This document shows, piece by piece, positions 8,917 through 16,825 of a DNA stretch of 64,000 nt. The notes beneath the pieces were generated by a model. That model did no database searches. It was not told the origin of the DNA and was given only the letters and a program-made list of their open reading frames with translations. The position numbers were made by a program, and so were the translations under genes. The stretch's first letter is position 1. The number at the start of each line of letters is the position of its first letter. This DNA is from a virus (taxonomy: Duplodnaviria; Caudoviricetes), in the IMG/VR virus record IMGVR_UViG_3300017565_000020, positions 6,998 through 70,997 of that record; one strand, 5' to 3'.

Positions 8917-8956
8917 GTTTCATGGCAGGTTTAGTCCCTTGCCGTTGAATGATTAA

Positions 8957-8989
8957 AGCCCGGATTAGTCCTCCGGGCTATTTTTATTT
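8957..8989 (+). terminator. Intrinsic terminator
   Basis: AGCCCGGA/TCCGGGCT stem followed by ATTTTTATTT. Confidence 0.75.
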
Positions 8990-9033
8990 GATTGCCGAAT
9001 TGTTGAATAATACATCGCAATTCAGATTGAATT

Positions 9034-9229
9034 TGTAGAAATAATGTAGAAAATATATCTTAAAGAAATAGAAAGATATGCTGATTTTATCGTTAAATGG
9101 GTATGTATTTAACTTTGGATAATAAAAAATTAACTGATTTATGAGGTAAAAAATGTATACAATTTATAGTTAAATCCCTCATGGTGTTATAATCGCTGTT
9201 TTTATATGTGATGTAGAAAATTGTAGAAA
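9034..9229. other. Putative attP with two pairs of TGTAGAAA arm-type repeats
   Basis: TGTAGAAA at 9034, 9045, 9212 and 9222, immediately upstream of the integrase. Confidence 0.6.
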
Positions 9230-9268
9230 TATTTTTTAGATTACACCACATAAGAGCGTTACAAAAGT

Positions 9269-10624
9269 ATGAATTTAAATCGTGTTGAAATAGATAATAG
9301 TAATTATTATTTACCTCCGGACGAACAGCTTTATAAGGGAAGTCCAGAGCTTAAAACGCCCGAAAATGGGGATTGGTATGTGTATTACCATATTTGGGAT
9401 TTTGAAAAGGGTAGGTGGTTGCCCCAAAAATATTACTCTACAGTCCTTAACAAAAAGGATATTATTAAGAATTTAAGAGAACGTAAGATTAATGGAGCAG
9501 CCGTAAAAAATACCGTTTATAAAGCCTTAAAAAACGGTATCAACCCTAAGACCGGTAATCCTATTTCACCGTTTTTAAATAAATCTGCAAAAGATATTTT
9601 AGCTGAAGCAGCAAACGATTCTCCTGTACCAACAGTTGAAAATGCTATAAAAAAATGGCTTTCTATAAAAGCAGGAAAAGATAATGCGAAAAAAAGTGCT
9701 CCGGAAAATAAAGAGAATACGGAAAATACCTATAATTCATTTTTTAATATATTCCTTGATTATGCCAAGAAGCATAATTATGAAAAGAAGATGCTTAATG
9801 AAGTGCCGAAGCATTTTGTTTATAGTTTTTTTGAAGAACGTTACAGTAAAGGGACTATAAATGATTCAACCTGGAATATCCAATTGGGTTATATCAAAGG
9901 GCTTTTTTCTCATTTCGCCAAACTCTACGACTATAAGAATACGATCAAGAACATTGATAATAAAGAAGATGTGGAGGATAGCGAACGGTTTGAACCGTTT
10001 ACCAAAGAACAATTAAAAGCTATTTTTAATTTCCTTGATAATCCGCAGGTTATAAAATACCGGCAATATGAAGTAGTATCACCGCCAAATAAGTTACTTT
10101 CATATGCCAGTCGTGCCATACTGTACACGTTTATTCGGATATCGGAACTCCGACGATTAAAAATTAAAAATGTTCGAAATTACAAAGAGGGATTTTTTGA
10201 CTTATCTACGGGCATTACTAAAAATAAAAAGAAGATATTCAACAGGTTATATATTGACCCGGTATTTGTAGCTGAGCTTGAAAAACTAAACTGGGAGAAG
10301 TATTTTGATAATGAAAAATTAGATGACTATTACGTATTTACAAATAATATGGTTCCATATCCGGTTAAAGTGAACTCTTACAGGCTTAGTAAGTCATTCC
10401 GAACTGTTCTTGAAAAATTAGAAATTTACAATACTGAAAATAAGAAATATTCTTTGTATTCAATGAAGGCATCTGGAAATATTGATGCTTATGAATCAGG
10501 ATGGGATTTGTTTCAAATTTCTATTCAAAATCGGCACAGTACGGTAAAGCAAACAGAAGTTTATTTGAGAAAGCTAAAATGCAATATTGCGGAGCGGCCT
10601 CGACCATCGAGAGCTGTATATTAG
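9269..10624 (+). CDS. Phage integrase (tyrosine recombinase)
   Basis: FIRISEL (R), TKNKK (K), YSMKASG, NRHS and TEVYL (Y); 451 aa with an N-terminal arm-binding-sized region. Confidence 0.88.
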   Translation: MNLNRVEIDNSNYYLPPDEQLYKGSPELKTPENGDWYVYYHIWDFEKGRWLPQKYYSTVLNKKDIIKNLRERKINGAAVKNTVYKALKNGINPKTGNPISPFLNKSAKDILAEAANDSPVPTVENAIKKWLSIKAGKDNAKKSAPENKENTENTYNSFFNIFLDYAKKHNYEKKMLNEVPKHFVYSFFEERYSKGTINDSTWNIQLGYIKGLFSHFAKLYDYKNTIKNIDNKEDVEDSERFEPFTKEQLKAIFNFLDNPQVIKYRQYEVVSPPNKLLSYASRAILYTFIRISELRRLKIKNVRNYKEGFFDLSTGITKNKKKIFNRLYIDPVFVAELEKLNWEKYFDNEKLDDYYVFTNNMVPYPVKVNSYRLSKSFRTVLEKLEIYNTENKKYSLYSMKASGNIDAYESGWDLFQISIQNRHSTVKQTEVYLRKLKCNIAERPRPSRAVY

Positions 10625-10809
10625 CGTTTTGAGCCTTTCATTAGAATATCAAACATTATCTTATCTTCAATAGATTGTTTTTTTTCCTTCTTGCTCGTCG
10701 TTTTGTTCAGGTTAAGGACTTTATTTATTTTAGCAATCTCTTGCCTTAGAACCTCCATTTCCTGTAAATTCTTTCTGAGCAATTCTTCTAATTCTTCTCT
10801 GCTCTCCAT
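10621..10809 (-). CDS. Small coiled-coil hypothetical protein
   Basis: ORF converging on the integrase. Confidence 0.5.
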   Translation of the reverse strand: MESREELEELLRKNLQEMEVLRQEIAKINKVLNLNKTTSKKEKKQSIEDKIMFDILMKGSKR

Positions 10810-10842
10810 AATAATATTATTGTAATTATCAGCGTTAATACC

Positions 10843-11295
10843 TCACCTCCGTCCAGTGGATAAGCCCTCATACTCCCAAAATCTTAATTTACCCTTAACA
10901 TTCAGTATGGGTTTGTCGTAGAGCACCGGATTAGCTAATACCCAATTATAGACAGGTTTTTTATATAATGGAAAGTAAAATTCATCAAAATCATAAGGTT
11001 GTGCCTTCTCCGCCCAGATACTCGGATGGTTAATTACGCAGTCGATGATGTCTACTTCGCCTATGATTGTGGATGTTTGCCAAATACCATTTGTAAAGTA
11101 ATGCTGCAAATCTTCGGGAATAGACTTGAACTGTTCGTAATTTATAATTGTTTCCAAGTCGTTACCAACTGATTTTGCCGAAGCATGAATATAAATCCTG
11201 CCTCGGAAGTTAGTTCGCCATGTGCGGTTCTCGATGTCTTTAATACCGTGAGCAATTAAGGATGCCCATGGTTGCTTAATTGTAAGTGCTTTCAT
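10843..11295 (-). CDS. ASCH domain protein
   Basis: MKALTIKQPWASLIAHGIKDIENRTWRT...IYIHAS...KGKLRFWEY. Confidence 0.9.
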   Translation of the reverse strand: MKALTIKQPWASLIAHGIKDIENRTWRTNFRGRIYIHASAKSVGNDLETIINYEQFKSIPEDLQHYFTNGIWQTSTIIGEVDIIDCVINHPSIWAEKAQPYDFDEFYFPLYKKPVYNWVLANPVLYDKPILNVKGKLRFWEYEGLSTGRR

Positions 11296-11337
11296 AATAA
11301 ATAATCCATAATTTCGTCTATGCTATCCAGCAGGTAA

Positions 11338-11574
11338 TCAATAGCTTTTCCCATTGTTTAAATAATTACAATAATCCTGTGCCGCATCTTCCAGGCCGGG
11401 TTTAAATACTACGACTTCTTTACCATCAGCATCCAGCACGGCACGTTTTTGTTTTCGGCCAACCCTGAAAGGCGGTTTGAATTGCTTGTATGCAAACCAA
11501 TGCTCAACAGATTGCTTAGTCTCTTTTGACAGAGAATTGTCTAATAATGTGGCTAATTTCTTTAAGTTCAACAT
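11338..11574 (-). CDS. Hypothetical protein
   Basis: ORF in operon. Confidence 0.55.
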   Translation of the reverse strand: MLNLKKLATLLDNSLSKETKQSVEHWFAYKQFKPPFRVGRKQKRAVLDADGKEVVVFKPGLEDAAQDYCNYLNNGKSY

Positions 11575-11580
11575 GGTTTA

Positions 11581-11910
11581 TTACCTTTTCGGCGGTTCCA
11601 GGAGCGGTTGCCAGTGGGTGATATACTGGCATACAGCACCATAGCTATTAATTGTAAATACTTTAGCAGACTCGTTATAATAAGCCATGCTTATTTGTTT
11701 ACTTGCTTCGTGATAGGTCATGTAGTCGCCGGCTTCTTCCGGCAATCTATCCTCAACACTTATCCATCTATCCTGCTTCTGCATCCATTCTATCACCTCA
11801 TCCAAATCCGATATTCTATCTTCAAATTCGCTGTTAGGCTCTGTATCCGGGTGAACCTGTAAGTTTAACCGTAGCGACTTTAGCCGCTGTATTGCTTTTT
11901 CTTTGTTCAT
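11581..11910 (-). CDS. DUF551-like protein
   Basis: RWISVEDRLPE...ITHWQPL. Confidence 0.8.
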   Translation of the reverse strand: MNKEKAIQRLKSLRLNLQVHPDTEPNSEFEDRISDLDEVIEWMQKQDRWISVEDRLPEEAGDYMTYHEASKQISMAYYNESAKVFTINSYGAVCQYITHWQPLLEPPKR

Positions 11911-11917
11911 AGTGCTG

Positions 11918-12250
11918 TTATTTATTACTTTTTAATAAGGTCAACTTAGCTTCCAGTTTTTCTATCTTATTTTTTAATTGCCTTTCTTCAAAGACAGTGG
12001 CCGATTCAATCACAGGGCAATATTCTTCGCGTGATGGAAAAAAATCTAAAATGCTACACTCAAAGACGATAGACGCTTTCAGGATATTAGATGGTATAAG
12101 TGACTGCTTGCCAGCTTCTATATTGCAAATAGATACCCTTGTAAGCCCCATTAAAAAAGCAACCTCGTCCTGATTTAAGTCTTTACGCTTTCTTAAATAT
12201 TTAAATTTAAGACCCATTATTTTGCGTAGTTTATCGTCTGTTGGTTTCAT
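11918..12250 (-). CDS. XRE-family HTH regulator
   Basis: LNQDEVAFLMGLTRVSICNIEAGKQ. Confidence 0.85.
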   Translation of the reverse strand: MKPTDDKLRKIMGLKFKYLRKRKDLNQDEVAFLMGLTRVSICNIEAGKQSLIPSNILKASIVFECSILDFFPSREEYCPVIESATVFEERQLKNKIEKLEAKLTLLKSNK

Positions 12251-12256
12251 ATTAGC

Positions 12257-12445
12257 TTATTTATCAAAAAAGTTATCCATTTTATATTTGCCCCACGTTC
12301 TGACTATTTGAACTCCAAAAATCCCTTTAATGCCGTAGTAATAATTTTCAATTCCACCACAGTACATGCCGCGAACAATATTTATATGGCCGAATCTTGT
12401 TCTTTTACATTTTTTACCTAAGTAAATTTTCCATTCTGTTTTCAT
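12257..12445 (-). CDS. Hypothetical protein
   Basis: ORF in operon. Confidence 0.45.
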   Translation of the reverse strand: MKTEWKIYLGKKCKRTRFGHINIVRGMYCGGIENYYYGIKGIFGVQIVRTWGKYKMDNFFDK

Positions 12446-12747
12446 GGCAACTTTATTTCAGTGTTTAAGATTGATTGTTTACTAACAACGTATCGTATTT
12501 CTTCGCCATAATACGGGTCATCAACAGGGATATATTTTTCTTTAATTTTTGCATTCTCCGCACACCGTTGCCTAACATCTTCGGCGACTTGTTGAGCGTA
12601 TATCCTTGCTACTTCATTAAGTACTTTTTCAAACCATTTTAAACCGGCATTACCTTCTCCATCTGCCATTGCCCATAATAAGCTCTCAAAGTCATCATGG
12701 CCGTACTCTTTCGCTAATTCGTCTTTTATTTCGTCTAAGGTTTTCAT
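12442..12747 (-). CDS. Hypothetical protein
   Basis: ORF in operon. Confidence 0.6.
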   Translation of the reverse strand: MKTLDEIKDELAKEYGHDDFESLLWAMADGEGNAGLKWFEKVLNEVARIYAQQVAEDVRQRCAENAKIKEKYIPVDDPYYGEEIRYVVSKQSILNTEIKLP

Positions 12748-12887
12748 TGTTAATTAGATTTATCTATTCTTATCATTGTTCTGTTTTATTAAGTTCAGCT
12801 ATTAAGTATTCACCCATTTTAATTGCTTGTTCTTCTGTAAGCTGATTTTCAGCCCATTTTTTACTTTCTTCCATATTGTCATTCATT

Positions 12888-13124
12888 TTACTTTGCCCAA
12901 CCAGCAACATTACACAATCGATATACTTTACAGGGGTAAGTGTCATGGATTTCAGCCGCCATAAAATCAGCTCCGCTTTCAAAAACATTCCCATTTTTAT
13001 CTACCCAAATCCATGTTTCACCGCCTCTGATTTTATCGGGTAAAATCTGTGGAACCCTGTTGACCCATTCCTGTTTACTTTTTAATTCAAAGAGAAATTC
13101 TCCTTTTACTTCAATTGTTTCCAT
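12888..13124 (-). CDS. Hypothetical protein
   Basis: ORF in operon. Confidence 0.55.
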   Translation of the reverse strand: METIEVKGEFLFELKSKQEWVNRVPQILPDKIRGGETWIWVDKNGNVFESGADFMAAEIHDTYPCKVYRLCNVAGWAK

Positions 13125-13143
13125 ATTATAATTTTTCCTTTTT

Positions 13144-13165
13144 ACAAAGCCGGGAGCGCTAACCC
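13144..13165. repeat. 22-bp direct repeat ACAAAGCCGGGAGCGCTAACCC, copy 1
   Basis: Exact second copy at 16698-16719. Confidence 0.85.
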
Positions 13166-13169
13166 TGCG

Positions 13170-13586
13170 TTATTTTCTCCCATAAACCAACAATCCTGAA
13201 ACACGCTTTTCACTATTTGTCTGACCTTTATACCCTGTTATTTTGCAGAAATCTTTATGCGTATAACTGCTATATCCTTTCGGCATCACAAGCTCAAAAC
13301 TTATCTTATTATCCGTCAAAAACTTCTCAATTTGGCGACCTATTTCGTTGTTGGCGCCGACCCGTTTAGCCATGCCGTTACCGCCTTTGTGCCATGTTTT
13401 TTTTACCTTATGCCCGGCTTCGAGTACTACGGTCAAGTCATAATTTTTGTGATACCCCAAAAGCTCGTTAAACAGGTCAAAAAGGCTGTATTGGTTTAAC
13501 ATAAGCTCTTTAAATTCCGGTAGCCATAGTGCGAAACCTGATTTGTCTACGTCCGGGTCAATGCCGATGAATAATTTCTCTTTCAT
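13170..13586 (-). CDS. RuvC-like Holliday junction resolvase
   Basis: FIGIDPDVDKSGFA, VVLEAG, NSEKRVSGLL. Confidence 0.75.
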   Translation of the reverse strand: MKEKLFIGIDPDVDKSGFALWLPEFKELMLNQYSLFDLFNELLGYHKNYDLTVVLEAGHKVKKTWHKGGNGMAKRVGANNEIGRQIEKFLTDNKISFELVMPKGYSSYTHKDFCKITGYKGQTNSEKRVSGLLVYGRK

Positions 13587-14419
13587 AACCTAATAGCGTT
13601 TAAAGGTGAAGGTATCCTGCTAATCAGGTTATGGCTTATATGCGTGTAAATGGACGTAGTTTTAACGCTATTGTGCCCTGCAAGTCGCTGTATCAGATTA
13701 ATGTCCGTTCCGGCCTCTAACATGTGCGTAAAGGCGCAATGGCGCATTAAATGTGTGTATACACGCTTATTTATGCCTGCTTTTTGAGCTAACTGTTTAA
13801 TGACCTGCCCAACGCTACGTTCTGAGTATTGAGGCTCATTATGCCAGCCGTTCAATACATATTCCCGGCTGTGGTAAGCGTGCCAGTATTTCTCCAGCAA
13901 AGGCACAATATCTGGCGTAAGCATCACATGCCTGTCTTTTTTGCCTTTGGCGGCTATAATGTTAATAATCATCCGGCTGCGGTCTATGTGCTGCCATTTA
14001 AGGTTTATAAGCTCCGAAACCCGCAATCCGGCAGAATACAATAAGGCCAGTATTACTTTATGCTTTAAGTTCTCGCACACGTTGAACATCGCTTGAATTT
14101 CCGCTTGCGATAGCACAATAGGCAACTTCTTGTCGCTTCTGGGATATTCAATGTACTTAAATTTTAACGGCTGTTTACCCGTTAACGAGTAGAATAGCTT
14201 AACAGCGGATATACGATGTTTACGGCCGTTAATGGATTTAGCTTGTAGTAACCATTCTTTAATCTGCCTTTCATTAATTTCTGATGGCTTTGTGGCTATT
14301 CCGTTAAAGTGGTTTAAAAAACAACGGACTTGCGATACATAATTACTTATAGTACGTTCTCCGTAGTTTTTTAACCGTAAATCTTCGGAATATAAATCCA
14401 GGTACTTTCCGATATTCAT
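13583..14419 (-). CDS. IntI-like tyrosine recombinase (integron-integrase-like, no obvious IntI-specific insertion)
   Basis: NYGERTISNY N-terminal SAM-like region; GLRVSE (R), AAKGKKDR (K), HLMRH, LAGH, TTSIYTH (Y); C-terminal IPSPL as in IntI. Confidence 0.9.
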   Translation of the reverse strand: MNIGKYLDLYSEDLRLKNYGERTISNYVSQVRCFLNHFNGIATKPSEINERQIKEWLLQAKSINGRKHRISAVKLFYSLTGKQPLKFKYIEYPRSDKKLPIVLSQAEIQAMFNVCENLKHKVILALLYSAGLRVSELINLKWQHIDRSRMIINIIAAKGKKDRHVMLTPDIVPLLEKYWHAYHSREYVLNGWHNEPQYSERSVGQVIKQLAQKAGINKRVYTHLMRHCAFTHMLEAGTDINLIQRLAGHNSVKTTSIYTHISHNLISRIPSPLNAIRL

Positions 14420-14439
14420 AACGTATTTTGTTAATTATT

Positions 14440-14481
14440 AGTTAGTTACAGGGGGGTGAATACATATATTAGTTGGCGGCA
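14440..14481 (+). other. attI-like site with core GTT at 14472-14474
   Basis: Lies between the integrase start and cassette 1; ...TACATATATTAGTTGGCGGCA with no long palindrome. Confidence 0.65.
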
Positions 14482-14484
14482 ATA

Positions 14485-15060
14485 CTACCTCCGCTTAATT
14501 TCAACGGTTATTATCGTGTCATTGTGACAAGCTCCATGACAGACAAGCATTATTTCTACTATCTCAAATCCACGCTTCTTGCCAATGCCTGTGCTATCCC
14601 AACAAAATGAAATAACAGTACCGCCAACTTTTACTATTCGCCTTATTTCATCTTTGCATTTTGCCCAATATTCAGCCCTACCAGCAGTTCCTTTTTGCTT
14701 TGGCGTGTATCGCCTCAAACATTGTTCGGTTGAATAAGGTGGGTCAAAAAAGCAGCCATCTAATGAATTATCAGGCAAAGATTTTAGGAACTCTAAAGCA
14801 TCCATTTGATGTTTTGCCCCACGTCCTTCAATGTCGTTTGTTATTTCAGCAGGTGAATTTTCGCCAGCAAAAGGGTCTGCCCACGTTCCAAAATGGTATT
14901 TAGAAATAAGTCCTGCAATTGGCTTTACTGTGAATGTCCAAATAGAAGGCATTGCCCAAACCCTACTTAATTCAACCGTACTGCCGCCAACACTGCATTG
15001 CTGCAATGCTGGCTGACGTACATCACTCATCGGTATATTTTCAAATAAACTGTTTTGCAT
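14485..15060 (-). CDS. Cassette 1: small amino-methyltransferase-like protein
   Basis: WADPFAG (motif I-like) and FFDPPYS (motif IV); start codon lies inside attC-like site 1. Confidence 0.78.
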   Translation of the reverse strand: MQNSLFENIPMSDVRQPALQQCSVGGSTVELSRVWAMPSIWTFTVKPIAGLISKYHFGTWADPFAGENSPAEITNDIEGRGAKHQMDALEFLKSLPDNSLDGCFFDPPYSTEQCLRRYTPKQKGTAGRAEYWAKCKDEIRRIVKVGGTVISFCWDSTGIGKKRGFEIVEIMLVCHGACHNDTIITVEIKRR

Positions 15061-15120
15061 AATTCAACTTTTTGTTTTTCAAATTCCAGCACTGACAGCA
15101 ATGCTTCAACGTTATGTGCC
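14982..15120 (+). other. attC-like site 1
   Basis: TGCCGCCAAC - GCATTGCTGCAATGCTGG ... CCAGCACTGACAGCAATGC - GTTATGTGCC. Confidence 0.85.
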
Positions 15121-15121
15121 A

Positions 15122-15367
15122 TTAAGCAGACGCCTCACGAATACCAACGACAACAGGGTTTTTAGGAGTTCCGTCCTCAAAATAGCCGTCGTGTTCTATT
15201 TCTGCAATCTTTCTATCAGTCCAATTTCCTTTGCAATAATTCCACAACTCATTAAACTTTTCTAATCCTAATCCGTTTTTTGCCCAAAAGATATTTTCGT
15301 TTTGCAAAGGCTCACAGGTAAATGACTGTGGACGGCTCAACCCTGTTAATTTGAAATCTGTTTTCAT
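15122..15367 (-). CDS. Cassette 2: hypothetical protein (81 aa from ATG 15367)
   Basis: ORF between att sites; C-terminal EIEHDGYFEDGTPKNPVVVGIRE recalls a ligase OB-like motif. Confidence 0.65.
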   Translation of the reverse strand: MKTDFKLTGLSRPQSFTCEPLQNENIFWAKNGLGLEKFNELWNYCKGNWTDRKIAEIEHDGYFEDGTPKNPVVVGIREASA

Positions 15368-15382
15368 CGTTCTAAATTTAAC

Positions 15383-15484
15383 GGCACATAACAAGGGTTT
15401 TGCGTAATAGCCCTATCAAGTGTCGTGGTTAATTTTAAGTTTATACTAAGGGCTACTACGCAAAGCCCCGATATGTTACAGGCA
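15383..15484 (+). other. attC-like site 2
   Basis: GGCACATAAC - GGGTTTTGCGTAATAGCCCT ... AGGGCTACTACGCAAAGCCC - GTTACAGGCA. Confidence 0.88.
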
Positions 15485-15487
15485 ATA

Positions 15488-16381
15488 CTACGACCACTCC
15501 GCAAAAGACAGAATGTGTGCTATAATATCAACTGTCCACGCATCGCCTATACAATCATACGCTTCATCGTAAGACAATGTTTTTGTGTAACCAATAGGTA
15601 GTGTTTGTAGTTTTTCAATTTCAGTTTGTGAAAGGTAGCGATACACACCATCTTTCAATAAATAGTTTTCGTTCCATTTTCGGTGTCCGTTTGCAGTTAA
15701 GCAACCGCTTTTAGGATATGGATTTACTCTTGTGTACCCATTTTCAACCGATTTTTTACCGCTTTCAGAAGTTAGCCATTTTACTCTACATTCGTCAGCT
15801 AAATCTCCAGAGTAATCAAAAACATCAGCAGTTGTAATTCCTTTGTCTTTCGGTTGCTTAATTCCGGGAATATTTGTCCAATAGTATCTCGGTCTATTCT
15901 GAGCAGAAACTAACTTACTATTTATTGAAATAGGTTTAACTCCTAATGTTTCTGTAATTATTTCGGTGGCTTTTTTGTTGCCGTGTGTGTTTTCAAGTAA
16001 AAAGTATTTTGGTTTTACTTCTTCAAGTAATCTAATATACTCCCAAAACAATTTACTTTCAGCGTGTTCAAGTCCTTCTTGGTTTTTATTCAATCTTGAA
16101 ATCCCTTTACAAGGAGAGCCACCTATCAATAAATCAATTTTTGGTAAGTCGCTACCTTTCACATTCAAAACACTACCTAATTGTATTGTGTTTGGGTAGT
16201 TGCTTTGTGTACATTTAATTGCGTGTGGTTTAATCTCACTTGCAAAATATTGTCTTACTTCATACCCAGCACGGTCTAAGGCAATCTGTCCGCAGGAAAT
16301 ACCATCAAATAAAGAAAGTACTGCCTGTAACACGGGTTTTGCGTCATTGGGGCTTTGGTTTTTCAAATAAAGTTCTGTCAT
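15488..16381 (-). CDS. Cassette 3: C5 cytosine DNA methyltransferase
   Basis: VLSLFDGISCG (I), GGSPCKG (IV), FLLENT (VI), QNRPRYYW (VIII), LQTLP and GDAW (IX/X); start codon lies inside attC-like site 3. Confidence 0.9.
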   Translation of the reverse strand: MTELYLKNQSPNDAKPVLQAVLSLFDGISCGQIALDRAGYEVRQYFASEIKPHAIKCTQSNYPNTIQLGSVLNVKGSDLPKIDLLIGGSPCKGISRLNKNQEGLEHAESKLFWEYIRLLEEVKPKYFLLENTHGNKKATEIITETLGVKPISINSKLVSAQNRPRYYWTNIPGIKQPKDKGITTADVFDYSGDLADECRVKWLTSESGKKSVENGYTRVNPYPKSGCLTANGHRKWNENYLLKDGVYRYLSQTEIEKLQTLPIGYTKTLSYDEAYDCIGDAWTVDIIAHILSFAEWS

Positions 16382-16459
16382 ATATTCAAATTTTGTTTTT
16401 CAAATGGGCTTTAGTGCTGGAAATCCCCAACGAACGCAAAGCCCGAAACCGTTGAGCGT
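16322..16459 (+). other. attC-like site 3
   Basis: TGCCTGTAAC - CGGGTTTTGCGTCATTGGGG ... CCCCAACGAACGCAAAGCCCG - GTTGAGCGT. Confidence 0.87.
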
Positions 16460-16673
16460 ATTGTCTCATAACATCTGACACCCTGGTTCTGGGGGCGCTT
16501 CCACCACCGCTAATTCCAGAATCTATAGGGGGATTTTTCAACCCTTTCTGTTTTGCAATGGAATCTTCTGTTAACTGCTTCTTTGGTTCTTTTTTTATCC
16601 GTTCTGAATACGGACTATTCCCACTTAACGCCATCATTGTGGCTAATTGTAACATTGCTAATTTTTTACTCAT
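16386..16673 (-). CDS. Hypothetical protein whose C-terminus reads through attC-like site 3
   Basis: ATG at 16673; the last ~25 codons are encoded by the att palindrome. Confidence 0.5.
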   Translation of the reverse strand: MSKKLAMLQLATMMALSGNSPYSERIKKEPKKQLTEDSIAKQKGLKNPPIDSGISGGGSAPRTRVSDVMRQYAQRFRALRSLGISSTKAHLKNKI

Positions 16674-16697
16674 ATTTTTAATTGCCTATAACCGTTC

Positions 16698-16723
16698 ACA
16701 AAGCCGGGAGCGCTAACCCGGCT
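16698..16723. repeat. 22-bp direct repeat copy 2, here forming a full hairpin AGCCGGG-8nt-CCCGGCT
   Basis: Sequence inspection. Confidence 0.8.
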
Positions 16724-16825
16724 GTATTTTACCTAAACCTAACGTATAAGAACCATTTTGCGCTTTTGGGGGTATCTCTTTACCTCTGGTGGTTATCCGA
16801 TAGTGTAATGCGTATTGTTTACGTG

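Larger units (their letters stand above)
13583..16459. mobile_element. Integron-like element: integrase, attI-like site and three cassettes
   Basis: See the att sites; each cassette is bounded by its own perfect 10-bp GTT...AAC inverted pair. Confidence 0.85.

Noticed and set aside
14982-16459. The palindromes as simple rho-independent terminators or REP elements
   Set aside because: Long loops, no U-tracts, overlap with start codons, and cassette-specific GTT/AAC complementarity fit att sites better.
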